Below are positions 27,048-37,028 of a stretch of DNA of 64,000 nt, piece by piece. This DNA comes from Candidatus Woesearchaeota archaeon (GTDB lineage: Archaea; Nanobdellota; Nanobdellia; Woesearchaeales; UBA10216). The stretch is from assembly GCA_016180065.1 (NCBI GenBank), contig JACPBY010000001.1, positions 30,633-94,632 on the forward strand, read 5' to 3'. The notes under the pieces were generated by a model. That model saw only the letters and a program-made list of their open reading frames with translations, had not been told where the DNA came from and did not search any database. The position numbers and the translations under genes were made by a program. How positions within the stretch are numbered: the first letter of the stretch is position 1; each line of letters opens with the position of its first letter.

Positions 27048-29273
27048 TTTTTCCTTTGGCCTTCGCAACCTTTTTTCCCTTTTTTGCCCAGCGCCTCCTT
27101 TTTCGGCTACTGCAGCAGGTGTGCTCTTGACAGAATCAGCCACGCCCGATTTTTGATTGCTTTGCTGCCGTGCCAAAAGCTTCCCTCGCACTATCAGCGC
27201 CTTCATCGCAACAACAGCCTTCCTTATGTCGTTGAAGTCAGGTATGTGCATGTTGTCGAGGTAGTGCATTCCTTTTCGCGAGAACCTGCCTCCCATAAAG
27301 CAGGTTATAACCGGCTTGCCAGGGAATTGCCTGTGGGCTTCAACAACGGCCTTGGCGTCAAGCACAGGATTTGTCATCGCCTGGAGGGTTTGAATGACTA
27401 TCAATCCGTGAATGTATGGCTCCTTCAACAGAGAGCTTATGGCAAGCTCATACCTGTTTGGCATGGCGTCCCCGACAATATCCAGCGGATTCCTCTTTGA
27501 ATAAGCAGGGTGCATTACACCCGCCTTGTCAAACGCTTTTAGAACTGCTTTTTGCAATGGAGGCAGGTTAACGCCCAGCTCATCACAGTAATCAGCGCAG
27601 ATAACTCCGCAGCCGCCTCCATTGGTGATAACCACTATGCCATTGCCCGCGCAAACAGGCTGTTCGGCCAGCACCTTTGCAACATCAAACAGCTCCTCAA
27701 CAGTATCAACCAAGGCAGCCCCTGCCTGTTTTGCTGCCGCCTCAAAAACCCTCACGTTGCCAGCCAACGAGGCTGTGTGCGTTGTAACAGCTTTCTCGCC
27801 GGAAGATGTCCTTCCACCCTTCAGGATTACAACCGGCTTCCTTGCAGCAAGGCTTTTCAGCCTTTCAAAAAATTCCCTGCCGTCGTTAACCCCTTCAACA
27901 TACAACGCAACAGCCTTTGTCTCTTCATCAGCAGCAAGGAATTCAAAGAAGTCGCAGCAGTCAAGCATGGCCTTGTTGCCGTAGCTTACAATTGCACTGA
28001 AACCATACCTTGCCTGGATGGCCCAGTCTATGATGCTATCTGCCAATGCGCCAGACTGGCTTACAAAAGCAATTCCGCCTTTTGGGGGAGTGCTCGGCGC
28101 GAAGCTGGCGTTCAGGTTGGTTGTGGGCCGGACAATTCCCAGGCAATTTGGGCCAAGCAAAGGAAGCCTGGCCTTCCAAAGCCTTTCGGCAATCTTTGCC
28201 TGCAGCCTTCTGCCCTCATCATCAAATTCACCAAAGCCAGCACTTATCACAAGGACGGCCTTGACTTTCTTCTTAATGCAGCCATCAACTGCCTTTAAAA
28301 CCAGCTGGCGCGGCAAGGCAATGATGGCGAGGTCAACAGGCTCAGGGATTGCGGCCAGCGAAGGATAGCATTTCACCCCCAGAATCTCCGTCGCGAAAGG
28401 ATTGACAGCAAAAATCCTGCCAAGGAAAGGCCTGCAGTACTCGCAGCGATGGGCGCAGCCAATCGCCAGGTTGCGCAGCACAGACTGGCCGACAGATTCA
28501 GGGTCACGGGAAGCGCCAACCAGCGCAACGGACGAAGGGCTGAAAAAGCCTTGCACGCCCGGTTTTGCTTTAGCCTTTGCAGGATTTTTCAATGCTCCAG
28601 CCACGGCTCTGGCGTCAACAGCAACAACGCCCTGCAAGCTGTCACTTGCAAACACAGGGTTCAGGTCAAGCTCTGAAATCTCAGGGTGCTTTGCAACCAG
28701 GCCGGAGATTTTCACAAGGAACATGCCAAGCTTCTGCAGCAGGGCATCCCCCCCTTTGAGCCGGCTTATGCGGCCGTATGCCTTTGTCTCCTTTACCATT
28801 TCCATGGCTTCAGCTTCAGAAACAGGGCAGAGGCGGATTGCGGTGTCAGACAGCTCCTCAGCAAATATCCCGCCTGAGCCAAAAATAACCGCTGGCCCGA
28901 ACAGGGCATCGCGCTTTGCACCAACTATGCACTCAACACCAGAGGCCTCCTTTTGCACAGCAATCGCAAGCTTTTTTTCAATAATGCCCTTTCTCGCAAG
29001 CAAGGCATGCGCAGAACTGAGCTTACTGAAAGCGGAGGCAAATGAAACTGAATCTCCACACCTGATTACGAGACCGCTTTTCATTTTATGAACTGCCGCA
29101 GCCCCGAGTTGGGAAGAAACAGCTTTTAGAAAAACCGGAAAACCAAGCTTGAGCGCAGCAGCCCTGGCAGAATCCTCATCAGCAGCAAAGGCTGTTTCGC
29201 AGAACGCAACCCCTTCTTTTCTCAAGAGGGAGACAACATCCTGAAAGGAAAAACACGCACGTTTTTTGCCCAT
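27042..29273 (-). CDS. acd: Acetyl-CoA synthetase (ADP-forming), a fused NDP-forming acyl-CoA synthetase (ATP-grasp plus CoA-binding/ligase domains).
   Basis: 743 aa. Succinyl-CoA-synthetase-like CoA-binding and ligase-CoA domains plus an N-terminal ATP-grasp. TATA TTATTTAAA at 29298-29306, 25 bp upstream. Confidence 0.85.
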   Translation of the reverse strand: MGKKRACFSFQDVVSLLRKEGVAFCETAFAADEDSARAAALKLGFPVFLKAVSSQLGAAAVHKMKSGLVIRCGDSVSFASAFSKLSSAHALLARKGIIEKKLAIAVQKEASGVECIVGAKRDALFGPAVIFGSGGIFAEELSDTAIRLCPVSEAEAMEMVKETKAYGRISRLKGGDALLQKLGMFLVKISGLVAKHPEISELDLNPVFASDSLQGVVAVDARAVAGALKNPAKAKAKPGVQGFFSPSSVALVGASRDPESVGQSVLRNLAIGCAHRCEYCRPFLGRIFAVNPFATEILGVKCYPSLAAIPEPVDLAIIALPRQLVLKAVDGCIKKKVKAVLVISAGFGEFDDEGRRLQAKIAERLWKARLPLLGPNCLGIVRPTTNLNASFAPSTPPKGGIAFVSQSGALADSIIDWAIQARYGFSAIVSYGNKAMLDCCDFFEFLAADEETKAVALYVEGVNDGREFFERLKSLAARKPVVILKGGRTSSGEKAVTTHTASLAGNVRVFEAAAKQAGAALVDTVEELFDVAKVLAEQPVCAGNGIVVITNGGGCGVICADYCDELGVNLPPLQKAVLKAFDKAGVMHPAYSKRNPLDIVGDAMPNRYELAISSLLKEPYIHGLIVIQTLQAMTNPVLDAKAVVEAHRQFPGKPVITCFMGGRFSRKGMHYLDNMHIPDFNDIRKAVVAMKALIVRGKLLARQQSNQKSGVADSVKSTPAAVAEKGGAGQKREKRLRRPKEKS

Positions 29274-29487
29274 TAAGCCAGAAAATGCAGCGCCAAATTA
29301 TTTAAAGCTATTCCACAAAAATGAGCCTGGTTGTTTGAGTTAGGGCAAAGCTTAAATAGTAGTTCTTGAAGAATCGGTTTTGGCTTAATTTACTGGGGGG
29401 CAGTTAAAAATCGTAACATATTAATAGTAGTGTTGCCCAGTCACCCCTCACAACCCATAACAATTCAACTTATCTGGAGGCGCCCAA

Positions 29488-30411
29488 ATGATTATCAAAG
29501 AAGAATTTCTAAGCAAGCTCCGCACATACTTCTCCCTTAACCTTTACGAAGTCAAAATCTGGACAGCCCTTCTTTCAAGAGGGGTTGCAACTGCAGGCGA
29601 ATTGTCTGACATAGCGAACGTGCCAAGAAGCAGAAGTTATGATGTTCTTGAAAGCCTTGAGAAGAAGGGCTTTGTAATCATGAAATTTGGAAAGCCAATC
29701 AAATACATCGCAGTCCAGCCAGCTGAGGTTGTTGAGCGAGTCAAAAAACACATGAAAGAAGAGTCTGAGAAAAAGATAAAGAGGCTGGACGAAGTAAGGA
29801 ACACGGAAATCATTGATGAGCTTAAAACACTGCACCAGCAAGGCATCGAGCTTGTTGAGCCATCAGACCTTTCAGGAAGCCTCAAAGGCAGGCACAACCT
29901 TTACAACCACCTTGACCTCATGATAAAAAACGCCGAAAGCACAGTAACCATCATGACCACTTCCCAGGACTTCCTGAGGAAAGTTGAGGGGCTCAGGATG
30001 ACAATGGAAAAAGCCAAGAAGCGCGGAGTCAAGATAAGAATAGCTGCCCCCATAAACAAGGAGAACAAGCACGCAGTAGAGCTGATATCTGATGTTGCAG
30101 AAGTGAGGCACACAGATGCAAAGGGAAGGTTCTGCATCATCGACGCCAAGGAGATGATGTTCATGGTAATGGATGACAAGGACGTCCATCCCACATACGA
30201 CGTGGGCATATGGGTCAACACGCCTTTCTTTGCGTCAGCCCTTGAAAGCCTATTTGAAACGGCATGGAAGAACATGAAGGCTGCTGTTGAAGTGGCGAGA
30301 AGGGCCTTCCCAGTTCCTTTCTCTCATGACTGCACAGATAGCAATCGGATTTTCTTTCTTTTTTGCTTAGACAGCGCTCTGCTTTCAAGCTCTTTTCCTT
30401 TGAAGGTCTGA
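29488..30411 (+). CDS. trmB: TrmB-family transcriptional regulator.
   Basis: N-terminal wHTH (YEVKIWTALLSRGVATAGELSDIANVPRSRSYDVLESLEKKGFV) plus a TrmB C-terminal sugar-binding-like domain. Confidence 0.8.
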   Translation: MIIKEEFLSKLRTYFSLNLYEVKIWTALLSRGVATAGELSDIANVPRSRSYDVLESLEKKGFVIMKFGKPIKYIAVQPAEVVERVKKHMKEESEKKIKRLDEVRNTEIIDELKTLHQQGIELVEPSDLSGSLKGRHNLYNHLDLMIKNAESTVTIMTTSQDFLRKVEGLRMTMEKAKKRGVKIRIAAPINKENKHAVELISDVAEVRHTDAKGRFCIIDAKEMMFMVMDDKDVHPTYDVGIWVNTPFFASALESLFETAWKNMKAAVEVARRAFPVPFSHDCTDSNRIFFLFCLDSALLSSSFPLKV

Positions 30412-30491
30412 AACACCCTTGCGGAATGCGAGCGAAGAAGCAGCTTTTTGGTTGTGCCCTTAAGAGGGAGATTGATTCAACAGGATTGAGG

Positions 30492-31055
30492 ATGATTAGA
30501 ATGAACTTGCGAGAGCTATATCAAGAAATCAGAGAAAGGCAGCCAATACCAAGTGAACAGCTAAGAGCTGGCATGAGGGTTGGAATACTTTATCCAGACA
30601 GCACACATATTATGACAATAGGTGCCATAGGACATGGGAGGATTGAGAATTACAGCCTCGGTCAACAACTTGTAGCTGTGGCTAAAATTGCCCTGGGTCA
30701 ACCTGCAGTTAAGTGGGAGCAGGATGGAACAGTACACCTAATAAATCTTCAAGATGTAACAGACTGTAGTGGCTACAGGGACTTCGTTGCTAACGGTGAT
30801 TACATTATGGTTGACTTTCCAGGATGCAGCCCCCATGAGCTTCTAGAACCAAAACTTGGCGTTCTGTGGCCATATACAAAAGCAGTTTGGGAACCTGTCG
30901 GAAAATTACCATTTGTGCAGGTTAGCAAAGAAGAAAAACGTGCCATATGGAGAGAGTCGCCGCTGGAGAAACTTGTGGATGACAACACCAGCGGCGCTGC
31001 AACTGCGCAGAACAGGTGGTTCTATGCGCAACAAAGCCGCAAAACCTTTAAATAA
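30492..31055 (+). CDS. Hypothetical protein (187 aa) with strongly atypical codon usage (low GC3). Likely horizontally acquired.
   Basis: ATG at 30492 in frame with the ORF-track entry at 30363. Codons cta, tta, ata, gta and caa are frequent here, unlike flanking genes. Confidence 0.5.
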   Translation: MIRMNLRELYQEIRERQPIPSEQLRAGMRVGILYPDSTHIMTIGAIGHGRIENYSLGQQLVAVAKIALGQPAVKWEQDGTVHLINLQDVTDCSGYRDFVANGDYIMVDFPGCSPHELLEPKLGVLWPYTKAVWEPVGKLPFVQVSKEEKRAIWRESPLEKLVDDNTSGAATAQNRWFYAQQSRKTFK

Positions 31056-31077
31056 GCGCCAGCGTGGATGATTGGAT

Positions 31078-32619
31078 ATGGAATCAGAAAAGACTGCAGA
31101 AATAGCAGCATCGCTGCACCGCCTTGAAAGGGCAGTGCTAGTGCTGCCGCACCTTGCAAAGCACAGCGCTGTCGCAGAGCTGGTTTCCGCTTCCGGAATG
31201 CAGGAAGTAGAAGTGATAAGGGCACTCAACTGGCTGCAGAACAAAGGCATGGTCGTGCTAAGCGAGGCAATTGAAGAGCTGGTGACGCTTGGCGAAAACG
31301 GAAAGGCATATGCAAAATCCCAGCTGCCTGAAACAAGGTTTCTAAACGCGATTAAGAACAAGCCGCTGCCCATTGCCGAGATAAAAAAAGCTGCAGGCCT
31401 TACTGAAGAAGAGCTTGGCGCAAGCATTGGAGCCCTGATGCGGCTCGGTGCCATAGAGCCTTCAGCAGCTGCCGAGAAAACCTTCAAAATAACCGCCACA
31501 GGAAGCGAATTTGCAAGATCAGGGACACCTGCGCAAAGATTCCTGTCCAGAAAATTCCCGGCAAAGGCAAAGGAACTACCGCCAGAGGAAAAGGCACTCG
31601 TCTCCGAATTAAAAAAAAGAAAAGACGTAATACGCGAAGGCATCATCAAGAACAGGACAGCTGTCCTCACAGACCTTGGAAAAGAGGTCGCGCGAAAAAG
31701 CCCCGCAGCAACCCAAACCACCGACCGGCTGACTCCAGAGATGCTCGTTACTGGTAAATGGAAGGAAGCTGAATTCAGGAGCTACGACCTGACAACACCT
31801 GTGCCAAGAGTTTTCTTCGGAAAGCCCCAGCCATACAGGGAGTTCCTTGAGGAAGTAAGAGAAAAGTTCACAGCACTGGGCTTCGAGGAAATGACAGGCC
31901 CGATTGTGGAAAGCGAGTTCTGGAACATGGATGCGCTGTTCATGCCGCAGTTCCACTCCGCAAGGGACATACACGACGCTTACTATATAAAAGAGCCAAG
32001 ACACGCAACAGACCTGCCCCAACAACTCGTCAAAAAAGTCAAGGCGGCGCACGAAAACGGCTTCGGGACAGGAAGCAAAGGATGGCGATATGAGTTCAGT
32101 GAGGAGAAGTCAGCGCGGCTGATAATGAGAAGCCAGACAACAGCGTGCAGCGCAAGAAAACTTGCCTCACCAGACTTGAAAATTCCGGGAAAGTATTTTG
32201 CCATAGGCAGGTGCTTCAGGTATGATGTCATAGACGCAAAGCACCTTGCAGACTTTAATCAGGTTGAAGGAATCGTTGTTGAGGAAGGCATAAACCTCAA
32301 GCACCTTATAGGCCTGCTCAAGCTTCTCGCGAGGGAGTTCTGCAACACAAGCGATGTAAAGGTAGTGCCATCTTACTTTCCATTCACAGAGCCGTCTGCA
32401 TCGCTTTACGCAAAGCACCCCAAGCTCGGCTGGATGGAGCTTGCAGGAGCAGGAATCTTCAGGTCGGAGATGGTCAAGCCGCTTGTTGGAAAACATGTTC
32501 CCGTAATAGCATGGGGGATAGGCATAGACCGGATAGCCATGTTCAGGCTTGGCCTTTCGGACATAAGGGAGCTGTTCAGCCACGACCTCGGCTTTTTAAG
32601 GGATTCAAAGGTGGTATGA
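31078..32619 (+). CDS. pheS: Phenylalanyl-tRNA synthetase alpha subunit.
   Basis: Class II aaRS motifs (FMPQFHSARD, GRCFRYD, GAGIFRSE). Archaeal length. The ORF-track start at 31072 is a TTG; the ATG at 31078 is preferred. Confidence 0.9.
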   Translation: MESEKTAEIAASLHRLERAVLVLPHLAKHSAVAELVSASGMQEVEVIRALNWLQNKGMVVLSEAIEELVTLGENGKAYAKSQLPETRFLNAIKNKPLPIAEIKKAAGLTEEELGASIGALMRLGAIEPSAAAEKTFKITATGSEFARSGTPAQRFLSRKFPAKAKELPPEEKALVSELKKRKDVIREGIIKNRTAVLTDLGKEVARKSPAATQTTDRLTPEMLVTGKWKEAEFRSYDLTTPVPRVFFGKPQPYREFLEEVREKFTALGFEEMTGPIVESEFWNMDALFMPQFHSARDIHDAYYIKEPRHATDLPQQLVKKVKAAHENGFGTGSKGWRYEFSEEKSARLIMRSQTTACSARKLASPDLKIPGKYFAIGRCFRYDVIDAKHLADFNQVEGIVVEEGINLKHLIGLLKLLAREFCNTSDVKVVPSYFPFTEPSASLYAKHPKLGWMELAGAGIFRSEMVKPLVGKHVPVIAWGIGIDRIAMFRLGLSDIRELFSHDLGFLRDSKVV

Positions 32620-32623
32620 CAAA

Positions 32624-34306
32624 ATGCCGACTATAACTTTCTCTTACACCGATTTTCTGCAGCTGCTGGGAAAGAAACTGCCGCTTGAAGAGTTCGGGAG
32701 ACTGCTGCTGCTGTTTGCAAAGGCGGAAGCAGGCAAGTTTGAGAAAGAAACCGGCGAGATCACCATAGAACTGGACGATACAAACCTGCCTTACCTTTGG
32801 TGCCCGGAAGGGCTTGCGAGATTTTTGAAAAGAATTTTGGGAAAGGAAAAAGGGATTGCAAAGCTTAACTTAATGCACAGCAGCTACAAGATTGTTGTTG
32901 ACAGCTCTGTTAAGAAAGTCAGGCCGTACATAGCGGCGTTTATTGCCAAAGGAAAAAAGCTTGACGACTATCTCCTGAAGCAGCTTGTACAGATGCAGGA
33001 GAAGCTTTGCGAAAACTACGGAAGAAAAAGGCAGAAAGTTTCAATAGGGCTTTACTCCTACAAGCGCATTGCTTTCCCCGTGCATTACAAAGCAGTCCCT
33101 CCAGACTCTGTGAAGTTCGTTCCGCTTGAATTTGACAGGCCGCTAAGCCTTAAAGAAATCCTCCGGCAGCACCCGAAGGGCCAACAGTACGGCTGGATTT
33201 TGCAGGATGCTGAAAAATACCCGCTGCTGGCTGATGACAAAGGAGAAGTACTGAGCTTCCCGCCAATCATTAACTCAAACTTCACAGGCAGGCTGGAGAT
33301 CGGTGACAGCGAGATTCTTTTTGAGGCAACAGGCACAGATGAAGAATCCATAAACCTGGCTGCAAACATCTTTGCGCAGAACATGGCTGAGCGAGGGTTT
33401 GAAATCCATTCAGTGATTGTAAGCTGCGAAGGCAGAACAATAGTTTCACCAGCGGCCAAGAAGGAAAAAATGAAAATAACTGCTGAAGCTGTCAAGGAGC
33501 TAATTGGCCTGAAGCTAAAAGAGCCGGAACTAAGGCAGCTGCTGCTGAAGGCAGGCTATGATGCCGAAGGCAGCTACGCTGTCGTGCCGCCTTACAGGGC
33601 AGACATAATACACCCTGTGGACATTATCGAGGATGTGGCAATAGCTTATGGCTTCGACAAAATAAAAGACGAGCCTCTGGCCAGCTACACCGCCGGAGAA
33701 AAGGACAAGGCAGCAGAAATAATAAATCCCCTGCGAAAAATAGCCGTTGGCATGGGCTTTCAGGAGATATTCAGCCACATACTTGCTGACAGGAATTCAA
33801 TGCTTTCAGGCTCGGGGATCCCTTCTGCAGCTGCGGCAGAGAACGAAAAAAACATAGTCCAGCTTGAGAATTTCATGTCTGAAACATATTCTGCAGTCAG
33901 GAATTCGCTGCTGCCCGGGCTTCTTGACGTCCTTGCCAGGAACAAGCACGAGGACTACCCGCAAAGAATTTTTGAGGAAGGAATCGTTGCATCCAGGGCC
34001 GGCAAAAGCATTTTCGAATGCCGCTCCATAGCTTTGGTGTCGGCACATCCAAAAGCAGACTTTACAGAGCAAAAGCAGCACCTTACAGCATTTATGCGCA
34101 CCTTAGGAATAGAGTTTACGATACAAAAGGCAGCACACCCCACATTCACCAAAGGAAGGGTGGGCAGCATAATTGCAATAGGAAAACCTGTGGGAGTCAT
34201 TGGCGAAATCAGCCCAGCAGTTCTCAGCTGGTGGGGCATTGAAATGCCTGCCGCTGCTTTAGAAATAGACCTGAGCGCCCTGCTCAACAGGGTCAGTGGT
34301 CAGTAA
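32624..34306 (+). CDS. pheT: Phenylalanyl-tRNA synthetase beta subunit.
   Basis: B3/B4 and B5 domains. Typical archaeal 560-aa PheT immediately downstream of pheS. Confidence 0.9.
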   Translation: MPTITFSYTDFLQLLGKKLPLEEFGRLLLLFAKAEAGKFEKETGEITIELDDTNLPYLWCPEGLARFLKRILGKEKGIAKLNLMHSSYKIVVDSSVKKVRPYIAAFIAKGKKLDDYLLKQLVQMQEKLCENYGRKRQKVSIGLYSYKRIAFPVHYKAVPPDSVKFVPLEFDRPLSLKEILRQHPKGQQYGWILQDAEKYPLLADDKGEVLSFPPIINSNFTGRLEIGDSEILFEATGTDEESINLAANIFAQNMAERGFEIHSVIVSCEGRTIVSPAAKKEKMKITAEAVKELIGLKLKEPELRQLLLKAGYDAEGSYAVVPPYRADIIHPVDIIEDVAIAYGFDKIKDEPLASYTAGEKDKAAEIINPLRKIAVGMGFQEIFSHILADRNSMLSGSGIPSAAAAENEKNIVQLENFMSETYSAVRNSLLPGLLDVLARNKHEDYPQRIFEEGIVASRAGKSIFECRSIALVSAHPKADFTEQKQHLTAFMRTLGIEFTIQKAAHPTFTKGRVGSIIAIGKPVGVIGEISPAVLSWWGIEMPAAALEIDLSALLNRVSGQ

Positions 34307-35085
34307 ACCTTAAGCCACTTTCTCACCAGAAGGGAAAAAACCATGGAAAAAACTATGTAAGTAGCAAGCCAGCCAGGCTTCCAGCCAATGATTGACAGGC
34401 CTCCGAGAGGCTGTAACGGCTGCATGCCAACGCTTATTCTTTCAATCACGCTATCCTTTTTTATGGAGCCATTTGGCGAGCCTAAAAAGCCGCTTGCCTT
34501 TGAAAGAATAGGCTTTTCATACCTGAAGCCGTCTGTCAAAAGGGCGTTTAGCGAGTACAACTCGTTGCCATAGCCGTATTTCAGCTGGTGGCTGCCTTTC
34601 TCCACTCCTTTCACGCGCCAGCTCACGACATTTTCACTTATGCCCTGCGTTGGCTGCGAAAGCAGCTCAAGCCCATCAGACACGTTCAAGGTTATGTTGC
34701 CCCCAGCCCCCTTTGCAAATTGGACTGTGGTCGTGAACTCATCCCCTGGGCTCAAGGGAGCGTAGGCAAGGTGCGCCTGCATCCAGCCAAAGACAAGGAA
34801 AAGAGGAACAAGCGTTATAAGCATTGACTTGGTTGAAGAGCTGAACTGCTGCATGCTCCGCTTCATCATTTCTTTTTGCAGCTGGGCTGCCTGGGAAGGA
34901 TCCTTAATTGTTTTAATCTCAGACTGTATGCGCTTGACATCATCCTTTATCTCCTTGAGAAGCTTCTGATTTGTCGTGTACTTATAAACCACCGTAGTCA
35001 TGAGGGAAACGGCAGCAGAAATAACCAGGATGGCAAGAGCAGGAGGAAGGCTTAACAAAACATTCATAAAATCAAGTGCGCCCAT
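34300..35085 (-). CDS. DUF106-family membrane protein (archaeal Oxa1/YidC-like insertase homolog).
   Basis: N-terminal TM, an amphipathic coiled-coil segment (KLLKEIKDDVKRIQSEIK), then further TM helices. Located immediately downstream of secY. Confidence 0.65.
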   Translation of the reverse strand: MGALDFMNVLLSLPPALAILVISAAVSLMTTVVYKYTTNQKLLKEIKDDVKRIQSEIKTIKDPSQAAQLQKEMMKRSMQQFSSSTKSMLITLVPLFLVFGWMQAHLAYAPLSPGDEFTTTVQFAKGAGGNITLNVSDGLELLSQPTQGISENVVSWRVKGVEKGSHQLKYGYGNELYSLNALLTDGFRYEKPILSKASGFLGSPNGSIKKDSVIERISVGMQPLQPLGGLSIIGWKPGWLATYIVFSMVFSLLVRKWLKVY

Positions 35086-35099
35086 TTTGTACCCGCCTT

Positions 35100-36482
35100 T
35101 TACTGTTGTATGAATCTTCTGAGCATCGGATTCATGTCATAAGCGTGCTGGTGAGCGATTTCCTCATAAAGCCTGTATACAATCATGACTGTCAGCAGCA
35201 AGCCTGTCCCAGAAGTAAGCGCGCCCATAATGTCAGCGAAGGCGGCAAGAAAGCCCACTGTAATTGCCCCCATGACTGTCAATGCAGGAATGTACCTTTC
35301 AAGCAGGCTTTCAACGACCCGCTCATCCCTCCTGAAGCCAGGAATCTGCAATCCGGACGACATAATCTGCTTTGCCTGGCTTCTTGCATCCATCCCGGCC
35401 GTCTTGACCCAAAACACCGAGAACAGTATTGAGCCGCCTATCATGAAAAGCGTGAATACAACAACCCTTGGCACAATATTAAGCAGCACAAGGTTGCCAC
35501 TTGCCAGATTATTCACAATGTTAACCGGCTGTATAAGCGAAACAAAGCCCGAAGACACCCCAGTAGGGTCATAAGAGCCCAGAAAAGTAAACCCCTTGCT
35601 TTGCAAGAGCCTTACCCAAAGCTGGACATTGGCAATCAATGCGGCAGTGAGTATGACCGGGATGTTGCTGGTGTATATGAAAGCCAAAGGCCACCTGACA
35701 CCATGGCCTCTTATTCTGCCAAAAGACAAAGGCAGCTCAACTTTCATGGATTGGGCGTATACGGCTATTATAAAAACAAGAACCGTGGTGCCTATGACCA
35801 GCAGGTTTGCAAATACCTCGCGAAAATCTCCCTGGACAAAAAAATAGAATATCGCCAGAAGGGCACCAACCGGCGCCTCACCTGAACTGAAAGCAAGGTT
35901 CCCCGAGGAGCTGAGCGGGCTGAGAAGCCGTATGATTATTTCCTTCGAAACGCCAGCAGCTATAAACAGGCTAACACCCTGGCCAAAGCCCCACTTGCTG
36001 ACAACCTCATCCATCAGAAGTATCAGAAACCCGCCCAGCATGAGCTGCAACACGAGGAACAAGCGGCTCCCCCCCTGCTCCGGCGCAAGCCCGCCAGTGT
36101 ATACATAAACCGCAGCTTCAAACAGGATGAAAACCAGCACAAGCCCTTTCTGGACACCCTGAAACATCTTTTTGCCTTCCGGAGTTGAAAGGTCAAACTT
36201 CAAAACGCCCGAGCCGTTAAGGAGCTGAAGCAGTATGGACGCGGTAACTATAGGCCCGATTCCCAGAGAGATGATAGAGCCAAACTCTGCGCCAAGTATT
36301 ATGGAAAGGAACTGAAACTGGGCAAGTGAGTTGGCACCCAAGCCGTAAAGCGGAATCAAGCCAAGTGTGAAGAAGAGCAGCAGCACTATGCCAGTCCACT
36401 TAAGCTTCTCCCTAAAAGGCAGCCTGCGCTCGGCAGGGCTTGCCACTTCAGGAAGATTGAGTAAAATGTCCTTCAGTCCCAT
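35100..36482 (-). CDS. secY: Preprotein translocase subunit SecY.
   Basis: 10-TM SecY/Sec61alpha. The N-terminus MGLKDILLNLPEV...FREKLKWTGIVLLLFF aligns to archaeal SecY. The start is placed at the ATG at 36482 rather than the ORF-track 36551. Confidence 0.9.
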   Translation of the reverse strand: MGLKDILLNLPEVASPAERRLPFREKLKWTGIVLLLFFTLGLIPLYGLGANSLAQFQFLSIILGAEFGSIISLGIGPIVTASILLQLLNGSGVLKFDLSTPEGKKMFQGVQKGLVLVFILFEAAVYVYTGGLAPEQGGSRLFLVLQLMLGGFLILLMDEVVSKWGFGQGVSLFIAAGVSKEIIIRLLSPLSSSGNLAFSSGEAPVGALLAIFYFFVQGDFREVFANLLVIGTTVLVFIIAVYAQSMKVELPLSFGRIRGHGVRWPLAFIYTSNIPVILTAALIANVQLWVRLLQSKGFTFLGSYDPTGVSSGFVSLIQPVNIVNNLASGNLVLLNIVPRVVVFTLFMIGGSILFSVFWVKTAGMDARSQAKQIMSSGLQIPGFRRDERVVESLLERYIPALTVMGAITVGFLAAFADIMGALTSGTGLLLTVMIVYRLYEEIAHQHAYDMNPMLRRFIQQ

Positions 36483-36561
36483 TTGACCCTTTTCGCGAAA
36501 AAAGTTCAACATCGGCAGCGGCCGATGAGTGTTTCCTCTCCGGAAACGCAATCCAAAACCT

Positions 36562-37014
36562 TTATGCCTCCTTCTTATTTGCAGGGACTACAACTTCCCC
36601 GCCGGCAGCCTTGATGCTTTCGACAGCCCTCGGGGATGCAGAGGAAGCAGTTATGACCATCCTTTTTGCAACCTTTCCCTTGCCAAGGAGCTTGTCAAAT
36701 CCCAAGTCAGCAATGTTGACTATATAACCGTTTCCTTCACGCTTTGCGAGGTTCAGCACCGCCAGCTTCTCAACATTCTGGTCAAGATATTCCACATTAA
36801 CCGTGTTGTGCACTATCCTCCTGTGGACAAATCCGTGCTTGCCAAAATAATCAGTCTTCCAGATTGAAGGCTTGCGCTGGTCAGCCCTCTTGCCCGTTCC
36901 GGCCATGCCTTTGCCTCCACGATTGCCAGAGCCGCGATGCTTTTTCTTGCTTCCCCAGCCATGGGTGTGGCTGCCTCTTTGCTTTACATCTTTCTTTCTT
37001 CTATTCACCGGCAT
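36562..37014 (-). CDS. rpl15: Ribosomal protein uL15.
   Basis: G/K/R-rich N-terminus with the HGWGSKKKHRGSGNRGGKG block. Confidence 0.9.
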   Translation of the reverse strand: MPVNRRKKDVKQRGSHTHGWGSKKKHRGSGNRGGKGMAGTGKRADQRKPSIWKTDYFGKHGFVHRRIVHNTVNVEYLDQNVEKLAVLNLAKREGNGYIVNIADLGFDKLLGKGKVAKRMVITASSASPRAVESIKAAGGEVVVPANKKEA

Positions 37015-37028
37015 GCTTAACCACCAAC

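Noticed and set aside
27552-29091. 248-aa and 229-aa plus-strand ORFs
   Set aside because: They are antisense to the well-supported 743-aa ADP-forming acetyl-CoA synthetase gene. Their translations are low-complexity Ala/Ser/Pro-rich.
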